From contig MGXA01000067.1 in the NCBI GenBank assembly GCA_001801215.1, positions 15,680-79,679 on the forward strand: DNA of 64,000 nucleotides, given 5' to 3'. Origin of the DNA: Gallionellales bacterium RIFCSPLOWO2_02_FULL_59_110 (lineage in GTDB: Bacteria > Pseudomonadota > Gammaproteobacteria > Burkholderiales > Gallionellaceae). The stretch's first letter is position 1. Each line of letters starts with the position of its first letter. The notes beneath the pieces are model-generated. The model was not told the origin of the DNA, made no database searches, and was given only the letters and a program-made list of their open reading frames with translations. Both the position numbers and the translations under genes were made by a program. Below, one piece after another: positions 38,007-47,586 of this stretch.

Positions 38007-40577
38007 ATGAAATTCAAATTCAGTTCGATAGAAACGCGCCTCATCGGGGTGATGCTGCTGCTGACGGTTTTGCCTGTCATAGCAGTCGCCTGGATAGCCG
38101 GCAGCATGACGTTTTCTTACATCAGGTCAGACCGGATACACGATGTGGGACAGGTCGCCAACATGAAGCACACCCAGTTGGTCTTGGTACTGGCCCGTGC
38201 AAACGACAGGGCGCTTTCCTTTCTTTCGGGCCTGATTATCCAGTGTCGCGGCAATGCCGCCAGGCTGGATCATGTTTGCGCTGACGGCAAAATCAGGCAG
38301 TATCTGGGCGTGGAAGGCGCCATAGGCGCGATGCTGCGCGGGGGAGGGAGCGAAAGCCTGGCTGTCGGAACTCCCGTGGTGCGGGATGGGGAAAAAATTG
38401 CGTTTCAGGCCGGGCAACTGGCGCAGTTTTCCGGAACCGGCCCCGGAAACAATCGCTCCTATTTCATTTCTGTAGCGGAAAAATCCACCGGGTTCCGGCT
38501 GGAAATAACCTATCCATCGTCGATGCTCGATCCCGTTTTCGACGCTCCCGCAGTCCTCGGTAAATCGGGCGAGACCTTTCTTGCGGATGGCGAAGGTTAT
38601 TTCGTCACCAAGCCAAGATACCCTTCGACGCAGGGGCATAGTCACCCGATTTCCGCGCGGCCGATGCAATCCTGCCTGAGCGCGCAGAATCGTGAAGTTC
38701 TTGACCAGGATTACCGGGATGTGGCGATCATTCATGGGTTCCGCTTTATCCCGGAATTCGGCGCGGCTTGCATCATGGCTCACGTTGACCAGAAAGAAGC
38801 CTTTGCTCCGCTGGAATCGCTCCGGCAGCGGCTGCTCATTTTGATGGCTATTTTTTGCATTACTCTTGTCGTCGTAATCGCCTCTGTCGCCAGAAACATC
38901 GTGCGGCCGGTCACCAAACTAACGGACGTAGCCCGCGCCATCGCAACGGGAGATTACACGGTCCAGGCGGAGGCGAAGGGGAAAGATGAAATTGCGGAAC
39001 TGGCCGCGTCGTTCAATTTTATGACCAGCAGGTTGTTCGAGCAGTCGGCGCACCTCGAAGATATGGTAAGGGAGCGCACCAAAAAACTGGAGCAGGCCCA
39101 GCAGGAAACTGCGGCGCTGCTGCGCCGCAATCAGTCATTGATGCAGAACTCCATGGACGGCATCGCCATCATGGACGCACAGGGCAATTTAGTGGAGGCC
39201 AATGATGCCTTCCGCAGCAAGCTGGGTTATACCCGGCAAGAGATGGCCGGCCTTAATGTGACCGCTTGGGAAATGCAGTGGTCGGCAGAAGAGTCGCGGG
39301 TGCGATTCAAGGAGCTTATAGGCAAAAGCGCCACATACGAGACTCTGTACCGCCGCAAGGACGGCCCGCCGGTCAATGTGGAGGTCAGCGCCTCCGGCGT
39401 GGAGATAGACGGGCATCAGTATGTTTTCGCTTCAATTCGCGACATCACCGTACGCAAACGGGACGAAGAACGGATTCGCGCCAGCGAAGCGTTGCTGCGC
39501 CAGGCGCAATCCCTGGCCTCAATCGGCAGCTGGCGGATCAATGTACCGCGAAACGAACTGGTGTGGTCCGCCGAAACTTACCGCATCTTCGACATACCTG
39601 CCGACGCGCCCCTCACCTATGAGTCTTTCCTCGTCAATGTGCACCCGGACGACAAGGGGCTGGTTGATTCCGCCTGGAAGGCCGCGCTCAAGGGCGCGCC
39701 TTACCAGATACAGCATCGCATCGTCGTGCATGGCGAGACGCGCTGGGTGGAAGAGCGCGCCGAACTGGACTTCGATGAACAGGGCAACCTGAGCTCGGGG
39801 ATGGGGTCGGTGCAGGACATCACCGAGCGCAAGCGGGCCGAAGCGCAGATAGCGGAATCCATGGCATCGCTGCGGGCCGTCAACCAGTCGCTGGACGAAT
39901 TCACCTATATCGCCGCGCACGATCTCAAGGAACCGCTGCGCGGCATCCACAACTACACCAGCTTTCTCAAGGAAGACTACGGCGAGCGGCTGGACGGGGA
40001 GGCGCAGCAATATATCGGCAGCATCCAGCGGCTGGCCGAACGGCTATCCGCCCTGATCGACCGCCTGCTGGCCTACTCCCGCCTCGGCAGCACGGAGCTT
40101 GCCAGGAGCCCGGTCGATGTCGATGCGGCCGTCGACGCCGTGGCGAAAGACCTGAGCAGCTTATGGCGGGATCGCGCGCAGGGCGGAATGGGCGTCGAGC
40201 TGCGCCGCAACGGCCCGCTGGGTGCGGTGCAGGGCGATGCCACCCGCATCGGCGAGGTGTTCCAGAACCTTCTTGCCAATGCGGCAAAATACAACGACAA
40301 ACCGTTGAAATGGATAGAAATCGGCTGCGACCGCAGCGGCGCGAACCCGGTTTTTTATGTGCGCGACAACGGCATCGGCATCCAGCCGCATCATCAGGCG
40401 AGCGTGTTCCGCATCTTCAAGCGGCTGCACGAGCAAAACAAGTATGGCGGCGGAACCGGTGCCGGCCTTACAATTACCAAAAAGATTATCGAACTTCACG
40501 GTGGCCGCATCTGGCTGGAATCCACTCCCGGAGAAGGAACCACGTTTTATTTTACTTTGAGCGAGGATGCAACATGA
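38007..40577 (+). CDS. Membrane sensor histidine kinase (periplasmic sensor-HAMP-PAS-PAS-HisKA-HATPase)
   Basis: 2 TMs, HAMP, PAS, H-box YIAAHDLKEPLR, N-box NLLANAAKY, DNGIGI, GTGAGL. Upstream in-frame extension in the ORF track derives from the MITE. Confidence 0.9.
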   Translation: MKFKFSSIETRLIGVMLLLTVLPVIAVAWIAGSMTFSYIRSDRIHDVGQVANMKHTQLVLVLARANDRALSFLSGLIIQCRGNAARLDHVCADGKIRQYLGVEGAIGAMLRGGGSESLAVGTPVVRDGEKIAFQAGQLAQFSGTGPGNNRSYFISVAEKSTGFRLEITYPSSMLDPVFDAPAVLGKSGETFLADGEGYFVTKPRYPSTQGHSHPISARPMQSCLSAQNREVLDQDYRDVAIIHGFRFIPEFGAACIMAHVDQKEAFAPLESLRQRLLILMAIFCITLVVVIASVARNIVRPVTKLTDVARAIATGDYTVQAEAKGKDEIAELAASFNFMTSRLFEQSAHLEDMVRERTKKLEQAQQETAALLRRNQSLMQNSMDGIAIMDAQGNLVEANDAFRSKLGYTRQEMAGLNVTAWEMQWSAEESRVRFKELIGKSATYETLYRRKDGPPVNVEVSASGVEIDGHQYVFASIRDITVRKRDEERIRASEALLRQAQSLASIGSWRINVPRNELVWSAETYRIFDIPADAPLTYESFLVNVHPDDKGLVDSAWKAALKGAPYQIQHRIVVHGETRWVEERAELDFDEQGNLSSGMGSVQDITERKRAEAQIAESMASLRAVNQSLDEFTYIAAHDLKEPLRGIHNYTSFLKEDYGERLDGEAQQYIGSIQRLAERLSALIDRLLAYSRLGSTELARSPVDVDAAVDAVAKDLSSLWRDRAQGGMGVELRRNGPLGAVQGDATRIGEVFQNLLANAAKYNDKPLKWIEIGCDRSGANPVFYVRDNGIGIQPHHQASVFRIFKRLHEQNKYGGGTGAGLTITKKIIELHGGRIWLESTPGEGTTFYFTLSEDAT

Positions 40578-41026
40578 CAGGAAACATGTCTCAAACCATA
40601 CTGATCGTCGAGGACAGCGACGACGATTACCTGGCGACGGTGCGCGCCTTCAAGAAGGCCAATTTGCTCAACCCGGTCAAGCGCTGCACCAACGGCGACC
40701 AGGCGCTCGATTATCTGTTGCGGCGCGGAGAATTTTCCGATCCCGAGAAAGCGCCCCGCCCCAACATCATCCTGCTCGACCTGAACCTGCCGGGCACCGA
40801 CGGCAAGGAAGTGCTGCGCGCCATCAAGACCGACCCGGATCTGCGGAAAATCCCCGTCATCGTCCTGACGACATCCAGCGCCGAGAAGGACATCGAACAG
40901 TGCTATGCCGCCGGCGCGAATTCCTACGTGCAGAAGCCCGTGGACCTGGTCGGGTTCATCCAGTCGGTCGCGCGGCTCACCGACTACTGGTTCAACGTTT
41001 CCGTGTTGCCCAAGAACATCAAATGA
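40574..41026 (+). CDS. Single-domain response regulator (Rcp1-like)
   Basis: ILIVEDSDDD, LLDLNLPG, IPVIVLTTS, GANSYVQKP. Confidence 0.92.
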   Translation: MTGNMSQTILIVEDSDDDYLATVRAFKKANLLNPVKRCTNGDQALDYLLRRGEFSDPEKAPRPNIILLDLNLPGTDGKEVLRAIKTDPDLRKIPVIVLTTSSAEKDIEQCYAAGANSYVQKPVDLVGFIQSVARLTDYWFNVSVLPKNIK

Positions 41027-41066
41027 AACAGCACATCATACGAGAAACTTTTGTCCGGGCACCCGA

Positions 41067-43670
41067 ATGACCGCAACCATCCTCGTCATCGACGACAGCG
41101 AAGACGACCGGCACCTCTACCGGCGCGCCCTCAAGGATGTCGACTGTCACCTGGTGATGGCGTCATCGGCGAAAGAGGGCCTCATATGCATGGCCGATCC
41201 GATGCCGGACGCGATCCTGCTCGATTACAACCTGCCGGATATGGACGGGCTCAGCCTTGTCAGGGTGCTTGCCGAATGCTCGGGCACGCACCCTCCGGTC
41301 ATCATGCTCACCGGGGAAGGCAGCGAGCAGGTGGCCGTCGAGGTGATGAAGAGCGGCGCAGACGATTACCTGGTCAAGGACACGGCGGGACAATACCTGC
41401 GGCTGCTGCCGGGCGTGATCAAGCGGGCCATGACAGCGCATGCGCAGCGCGAGCAGAACCGGCGGCTGCAGCAGGAAACGGCAAGGCTGCTGCACCGCAA
41501 CCGGATATTGATGCAGAACTCCGCGGACGGCATCCACGTGGTGGACAGCCAGGGCAACCTCATCGAGGCCAACGACACCTTCTGCCGCATGCTGGGCTAC
41601 ACCCAGGCAGAAGTGGCCGGCCTCAATGTCGCCGACTGGGATGCGCAATTTCCGCCCGATGAGTTGCGGGCGTGCTTGGCCGGGTACATCGGCAAAAACG
41701 GCGTGTTCGAGACCGTGCACCGCCGCAAGGACGGCGCGCTGATCGATGTCGAGGTCAGCGCCTCCGGCGTGGAGATGGAAGGGCAGAACGTTATCATCGC
41801 CTCGAGCCGCGACATCACCGCGCGCAAGCTGGCCGAAGTGACGTTGAAACTGAGCAAGACCATTATCGAGACGACCTATGACGGGTTCTGGCTGTTCGAC
41901 ACTGACGGTTATCTGCTCGACGTGAACCAGGCCTACGCGGATATGGTTGGCTATACGTGCCAGGAACTGACCGGCATGCACATCTCCCGATTATCGGTGC
42001 TCTCCAACACGCCGGAATTAGTCCGGGCGCGGATCGGGAATGCCATGTCTCATGGGCTTAACCATTTTGAAACGCAGCATCGCCATAAGGACGGGCATGT
42101 GGTGGACTTCGAGGCGTCCGCTGCCTACGTACCCGAAGCGAATTGTTTATTTTCTTTCATTCGCGACATCACCGAGCGCAAGCAAAACGAAGCGATGCTG
42201 AAGCAGCACAAGCTGGTGCTCGATACCTCGATAGACGGCTTCTGGGTGGTCGATATGCGGGGTGATTTGCTGGAAGCCAACCAGGCGTACGCGAAAATGT
42301 CCGGCTACACGGTCGAGGAACTGGTGAACATGCACATCAGCCAACTGGAGGCGATAGAGCTGACAGTGGAAGAGGTTCTGGCGCATATCGCAAAAATCAG
42401 GGCGCGAGGGTATGGCCGGTTCGAGACGCGCCATCGCCGCAAGGACGGGCATGAGATCGACATCGAAGTGTCCGCCACCTCTATGGAGGAAACGCAGCGC
42501 CTCTACGTTTTCTGTCGCGACATCACCGAACGCAAGCGGGCCGAAAAAACGTTGCGCGAGGCCGACCGGCACAAGGACGAGTTTCTCGCCATGCTGGCCC
42601 ACGAGCTGCGCAACCCGCTGGCGCCGATCCGCAATGTCGCCCATATCCTCGGACGGCTGGGGTCGGCGGAGCCCAAGATCAAGTGGGCGCAGAAGATTAT
42701 AGAAGAACAGGTGAGCCACCTCACCCGCATGGTGGACGACCTGCTGGACGTCTCGCGCATCGCCCGCAGCAAGATCGCGCTCAGGAAGGAGACCATCGAG
42801 TTTAGTGTGCTGGCCGAACAGATCATCGAGTCTGCCCGGATGCTGGCGGAGAACAAGGGGCACCATCTTGCGGTGCGGATGCCGGATCAGGCGGTGCAAC
42901 TCGAAGGCGACCCGGTGCGCCTGTCCCAGTTGCTGCTCAACCTGCTGGACAATGCCGCCAAATACACCCCGGACGGCGGACGGATCGAATTTGCCGCGCG
43001 CCTGGACGGGACGGAAATCGAAATCAGCGTGCGCGATAACGGCATGGGCATCGCGGCGGAACTGCTGCCGCAAGTGTTCGACCTGTTCCAGCAGGGCGAG
43101 CGCACCCTGGATCGCGCCCAGGGCGGGCTGGGCATCGGCCTCACGCTGGTGCAGCAACTGGCCGGGATGCACGGCGGGCGGGTAGATGCTCACAGCGCAG
43201 GGCCGGGGCAGGGCTCGACCTTTACCGTCCGGCTGCCGGCCAGGGCCATGACTGTACAGCCCTCCATGCACGAGGTCGGAAGCCGGAGCCGCTCCGTTCC
43301 CGGCATGCGCGTGCTGGTCGTGGAAGACGATCATGCCGTGGCCGACAGCACCGCAGTATTGCTGGAGATGGAGGGGTATCAGGCGCGCGTCGCCGAGAGC
43401 GGCCAAGCCGCGCTGGAGCAGGTTCCCGAGTTCCGCCCGCAGGTGGTGCTGCTCGACATCGGCCTGAAGGGCATGGACGGCTTCGAGACCGCGCAACGGC
43501 TGCGGCAGCTGCCGGAAGGGCGCGACCTGCTCCTGGTTGCGGTAACCGGTTATGCCGACAGCGCAATCAGGGAGCAGGCGCTGGCATCCGGTTGCGATCA
43601 TTTCCTGGTCAAGCCGGTGAAGTTCAATGTTCTCAGCGACTTGCTCGACAAGCTGGCTGCGCCGGATTGA
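41067..43670 (+). CDS. Hybrid kinase REC-PAS-PAS-PAS-HisKA-HATPase-REC
   Basis: N-terminal REC (VIDDSEDD, LLDY), three PAS, LAHELRNPL, NAAKYT, GLGIGL, C-terminal REC (VVEDD, LLDI, KP). Confidence 0.92.
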   Translation: MTATILVIDDSEDDRHLYRRALKDVDCHLVMASSAKEGLICMADPMPDAILLDYNLPDMDGLSLVRVLAECSGTHPPVIMLTGEGSEQVAVEVMKSGADDYLVKDTAGQYLRLLPGVIKRAMTAHAQREQNRRLQQETARLLHRNRILMQNSADGIHVVDSQGNLIEANDTFCRMLGYTQAEVAGLNVADWDAQFPPDELRACLAGYIGKNGVFETVHRRKDGALIDVEVSASGVEMEGQNVIIASSRDITARKLAEVTLKLSKTIIETTYDGFWLFDTDGYLLDVNQAYADMVGYTCQELTGMHISRLSVLSNTPELVRARIGNAMSHGLNHFETQHRHKDGHVVDFEASAAYVPEANCLFSFIRDITERKQNEAMLKQHKLVLDTSIDGFWVVDMRGDLLEANQAYAKMSGYTVEELVNMHISQLEAIELTVEEVLAHIAKIRARGYGRFETRHRRKDGHEIDIEVSATSMEETQRLYVFCRDITERKRAEKTLREADRHKDEFLAMLAHELRNPLAPIRNVAHILGRLGSAEPKIKWAQKIIEEQVSHLTRMVDDLLDVSRIARSKIALRKETIEFSVLAEQIIESARMLAENKGHHLAVRMPDQAVQLEGDPVRLSQLLLNLLDNAAKYTPDGGRIEFAARLDGTEIEISVRDNGMGIAAELLPQVFDLFQQGERTLDRAQGGLGIGLTLVQQLAGMHGGRVDAHSAGPGQGSTFTVRLPARAMTVQPSMHEVGSRSRSVPGMRVLVVEDDHAVADSTAVLLEMEGYQARVAESGQAALEQVPEFRPQVVLLDIGLKGMDGFETAQRLRQLPEGRDLLLVAVTGYADSAIREQALASGCDHFLVKPVKFNVLSDLLDKLAAPD

Positions 43671-43676
43671 CCAGTT

Positions 43677-43780
43677 AGCCCGGATGAAACGCAGTGAAAT
43701 CAGGGAACGGGTATGATGCCCCCGGATTCCGCTATCGCTGCATCCGGGCTACAAAACCCGCAAGGCTCACCTTCGTTCAA
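43677..43780. repeat. 104-bp repeat (REP doublet plus flank), inverted partner at 47450-47553
   Basis: Reverse complement of 47450-47553 with 3 mismatches. Confidence 0.88.
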
Positions 43781-43847
43781 ACCCTTGCCAATGCCAGATA
43801 AATGCAAAACTCTTGTCATGTTTTGACATCATTTGACCGGTAAGAGA

Positions 43848-44054
43848 CTAATAATGCGGCGGCCTTTCGTTCGCGGGCATTCCCTCATTCCTTGCTTCAG
43901 CCAGCGATTGGATGTGTCTTGTGAGTGATGCGCAAACCGCTTCAAGGCGATCCAGCTTTTGTTGCTGCTGATAGACCGTTTTGTTAAGTTCTTCGATCAG
44001 GTCTTCCTGGAAGGTGATTTTTGCTTCGATGTTTATTAAACGTTCTTCGTTCAT
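43848..44054 (-). CDS. slyX: SlyX family protein
   Basis: RLINIEAKITFQEDLIEELNKTVYQQQ...ERPPHY. Confidence 0.92.
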   Translation of the reverse strand: MNEERLINIEAKITFQEDLIEELNKTVYQQQQKLDRLEAVCASLTRHIQSLAEARNEGMPANERPPHY

Positions 44055-44167
44055 GAGGCGACCCTGAAAGTTCGGCGACTGGCCGAGTGATGGCGGGAGT
44101 TCTAGCGCGGGATCGAGATTCGTGCCCGCGCCGTTGTTAATAGAGCCGGGTTTATGCAACTTCCCGG

Positions 44168-44884
44168 CTAAAACCGCTCGTGTGGCATCAAGTAACGCCA
44201 CTGCCCGGGCGGCAATCTGGACATCGATACTCGACCGATGCGGAGGCGTTTCACGGACAGCACTTGCAGCCCGACGCTCTGGCACATGTGCGCAATCTGG
44301 CCGGGTTGCACTCCCTTGAGGGCGAAGCGCAAGCGAGTTTCGTTTTGCCAGCTGACCTTGATCGGTGGCAGTGCGCGACCGTTGAAGCTGAGTCCGTGGT
44401 CGAGCAGCTTGAGCCCCTCGGCGGGCAATTCACCGGCGACTTCCACGACATATTCCTGCTCGAGCGTTGCGGCATCTTCTTTCAGCTTGCGCGCCACGCG
44501 CCAGTTCTGGGTGAACACCAGCAGGCCGCTGGCATTGCGTTCCAGCGGGATGCCTTGCGTCAGCCGGAGGAAGTGCTGCTTGAGCAGGCGGATGCCGGAA
44601 GGGTCGTCGGCAGCGCGCGTGTCGGCGCATATCAACTGTTGTGGGGTGTTGGTAGCGATGTCCGAGTCGGGCGGCAGATGAAACAGTATGGTCGCCGGCT
44701 CGACAGGAGCGAGGCTGGCCTCGGGGTGCAGCTCGATCTTCTGCTGCGACACCATGAACTGCGGCTCTTCCACCACTTGCCCATCCACCATCACCCAGCC
44801 GCCCGAGATATAAAGTTCGGCCTCACGGCGCGAGCAGGGGAGCGATTCGGCGAGGCGTTTTGCGAGACGGACGGGGGCGGTCAT
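44168..44884 (-). CDS. S4-domain RsuA/RluF-like pseudouridine synthase homologue (catalytic Asp absent)
   Basis: S4 (RLAKRL..CSRREAELYI..G.V.VDG), PLERNASGLLVFT, QEYVVEV, RLRIG. Confidence 0.82.
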   Translation of the reverse strand: MTAPVRLAKRLAESLPCSRREAELYISGGWVMVDGQVVEEPQFMVSQQKIELHPEASLAPVEPATILFHLPPDSDIATNTPQQLICADTRAADDPSGIRLLKQHFLRLTQGIPLERNASGLLVFTQNWRVARKLKEDAATLEQEYVVEVAGELPAEGLKLLDHGLSFNGRALPPIKVSWQNETRLRFALKGVQPGQIAHMCQSVGLQVLSVKRLRIGRVSMSRLPPGQWRYLMPHERF

Positions 44885-44957
44885 GAATGGCTCATTCCAA
44901 AATCTGAGTGGCGTATTGTAAATGCTTGGGTACGGCTATCCGCTGTAAAATGAAAAC

Positions 44958-45182
44958 ATGAACGCAGATAAAACGCCCAGCCTGGACGGCATCACCCTCG
45001 AAACCATCGTCACGCAGCTATCCGAAAGCATGGGCTGGGAAGCGATGGCCGCTGCCGTGCCGGTGCGCTGCTTTACGCACGACCCCAGCATCAAATCCAG
45101 CCTGAAATTCCTGCGCAGGACGCCGTGGGCGCGCGCGAAAGTGGAGCAGTTGTATCTGCAACACCTTAGAACAGCGCGTTAA
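44958..45182 (+). CDS. VF530/DUF2132 family DNA-binding protein
   Basis: LDGITLE.IV..L...GW, CF..DPSIKSSLKFLRRTPWARAKVE.LY. Confidence 0.88.
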   Translation: MNADKTPSLDGITLETIVTQLSESMGWEAMAAAVPVRCFTHDPSIKSSLKFLRRTPWARAKVEQLYLQHLRTAR

Positions 45183-45229
45183 ATCAGATTTTGCTTGCCC
45201 AGAAAACTCGCCTTCCGCCACTCGCCGCC

Positions 45230-45775
45230 ATGCGTCCAAAACCGCCGCCGAATTACCTTGCTGGATACCCTGTAGCCTTGGCAGAGCAGGTGCAGCGATT
45301 GATCGAACAAGGCCGCTTGGCGGAGATGCTGCTGAAGAAGTATCCGCTCGCGCACGCGGTGCGCACCGATAAGGCTCTATATGACTACGTGCTGGAATCC
45401 AAGGGGGCGTTTCTGCGCAACGCCGGACAACTGAGCAAGGTTGCGTTCGACGGCAAGCTGCATGTCATCCGCAACGCGCTGGGCATGCACACCAGTATCT
45501 CGCGGGTGCAGGGCTCGAAGCTCAAGGCCAAGCGCTAGATTCGCATCGCGGCGGTATTCAAGGAGATGCCGCCGGAATTCCTGCGCATGATCGTGGTTCA
45601 CGAGTTGGCGCACCTCAAGGAGAGCGAGCACAACAAGGCTTTCTACCAGCTGTGCCTGCATATGGAACCCGACTATCACCAGCTGGAGTTCGACCTGCGT
45701 GCCTACCTCTGCTATCTGGATGTGGATGGGGTGCCGCTCTGGTCTGCTGCGATGCCCTCGGACGAGTCTTTGTAG
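45230..45775 (+). pseudogene. YgjP/SprT-like (DUF45) metallopeptidase with internal amber stop
   Basis: NYLAGYP..L...LKAKR-TAG(45536-38)-IRIA...VVHELAHLKE..HNKAFY in one frame. Confidence 0.75.
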
Positions 45776-45853
45776 TCTGCCCACGCGGTTTGGAATCAGC
45801 GTGGGCACACCCTTCCGGTGCGAGAACCTCTGCGAGGCAGAAACGTGCCCACC

Positions 45854-47263
45854 CTACAGCGCTCGCACCTTCACCGCCTTGCCCTTCACCTTGCCTGCCG
45901 ACAATTTGCGCACGGCGTCGCTGGCGATGTTGCGCGCGACGGCGACATAGGTGGATTGGTCGGTCACGGTGATCTTGCCGACCTGCTCGCGCGTGAAACC
46001 GGCTTCGCCGGTGAGCGCGCCCAGCACATCGCCGGGGCGGATCTTCTCCTTGCGCCCACCAAGAATTTGCAGCGTCACCATCGGTGGCACCAGCGGAGAT
46101 TCGTCGTCGTTTTGCAGTTCGGCAAGCTCGTGCCACTCCGGTTCGATGCGCATCATTTTGGCGATACCGATGATGCGATTCCGCTCGGACGGGCTGCACA
46201 GGCTCAGCGCCCAGCCGTTCTCGTCGGCGCGGCCGGTGCGTCCGATGCGGTGGATGTGGACTTCCGGGTCGGGCGTGACATCGACGTTGATGACCGCTTC
46301 GAGTTGCGCGATGTCCAGGCCGCGCGCGGCGACATCGGTGGCCACCAGCACCGGGCAGCTGCGGTTGGCGAACTGGATCAGCACCTGGTCGCGTTCGCGT
46401 TGTTCCATGTCGCCATTCATGGTCAGTGCCTTGATGCCCTGCGCGTGCAGCGCTTCCAGCAGCGAGCGGCATTGCTGCTTGGTGTTGCAGAACGCCAGCG
46501 TGCTGACCGGGCGGTAGTGCCTGAGCAACTGGCCGACGGCCTGCAAACGCAGCTCGTTTTCCACCTTGTAGAAGCGCTGACGTATTTTGGTTTCCTCATG
46601 CTGTTCCAGCAGCTTCACTTCCTGCGGTGCGCGCATGAACTGGCGCGCCAGCCGCGCGATGCCGTCGGGATAGGTCGCCGAGAACAGCAGCGTCTGGCGC
46701 TCGGACGGGCAACGCTTTGCGACAAACGCGATCTGTTCGTAAAAGCCCATGTCCAGCATGCGATCCGCTTCGTCGAGCACCAGCGTGTTGAGTGCTTCCA
46801 GGTTCAGCGTGCCGCGCTCCATGTGATCCATGATGCGTCCCGGCGTGCCGACGACGATGTGCGCGCCGTGCTCCAGGCTGGAGGTCTGCGCGCGCATGAT
46901 GCTGCCGCCGCACAGCGTCAGTATCTTGATATTGTCGGCGGAGCGCGCCAGACGGCGGATCTCTTGCGTCACCTGATCCGCCAGCTCGCGCGTCGGGCAC
47001 AGCACCATCGCCTGCACCGCAAAGCGGCGCGGGTTCAGCTTGGTCAACAGCGCCAGCGCGAACGCTGCGGTCTTGCCGCTGCCGGTCTTCGCCTGCGCGA
47101 TCAGGTCGTGTCCGGCGAGCGCGACCGGCAGGCTGGCCGCCTGTATCGGCGTCATCGTCAGATAGCCGAGCTGCTGCAAGGTCGCCTGCATGCCGGGCGA
47201 CAGCGGTAGTTCGTTGAAGGAGCGGCCGGCAGCAGCAGGGGAAGGCGGGTTGGTATTGGTCAT
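45854..47263 (-). CDS. dbpA: DEAD-box RNA helicase DbpA
   Basis: Q motif, AKTGSGKT, PTRELA, DEAD, SAT, HRIGRTGR, C-terminal GGRKEKIRPGDVLGALT domain. Confidence 0.95.
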   Translation of the reverse strand: MTNTNPPSPAAAGRSFNELPLSPGMQATLQQLGYLTMTPIQAASLPVALAGHDLIAQAKTGSGKTAAFALALLTKLNPRRFAVQAMVLCPTRELADQVTQEIRRLARSADNIKILTLCGGSIMRAQTSSLEHGAHIVVGTPGRIMDHMERGTLNLEALNTLVLDEADRMLDMGFYEQIAFVAKRCPSERQTLLFSATYPDGIARLARQFMRAPQEVKLLEQHEETKIRQRFYKVENELRLQAVGQLLRHYRPVSTLAFCNTKQQCRSLLEALHAQGIKALTMNGDMEQRERDQVLIQFANRSCPVLVATDVAARGLDIAQLEAVINVDVTPDPEVHIHRIGRTGRADENGWALSLCSPSERNRIIGIAKMMRIEPEWHELAELQNDDESPLVPPMVTLQILGGRKEKIRPGDVLGALTGEAGFTREQVGKITVTDQSTYVAVARNIASDAVRKLSAGKVKGKAVKVRAL

Positions 47264-47449
47264 GCGTTTCCTCGAAAAGCAGTTAGACATCAGAGAACAC
47301 GGAGATCACAGAGGAAGCGTTGTAAGCAGGGATGGGCGACTTGTCGCACAACTCGCAATAACAAAAGCTTGCAACTCGGAAGCGCTTCACCTTTTCGGTG
47401 AAACTAAATAATTTGGTGAAACCACGTCTTTCTCTGTGTTCTCTGTGGC

Positions 47450-47553
47450 TTGAACTAAGGTGAGCCTTGCGGGGTTTGTAGCCCGGATGCAGCGATAGCG
47501 GAATCCGGGGGCATCATACCCGTTCCCGGATTTCACTGCGTTTCATCCGGGCT
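47450..47553. repeat. 104-bp repeat, inverted copy of 43677-43780
   Basis: See the partner at 43677. Confidence 0.88.
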
Positions 47554-47586
47554 TGTTTGGCTCCTGCTTGCACGGCTCGGGTTGAT

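Noticed and set aside
45536-45538. Pyrrolysine or programmed amber readthrough
   Set aside because: No pyl genes are seen and a GAG-to-TAG point change explains it more simply.
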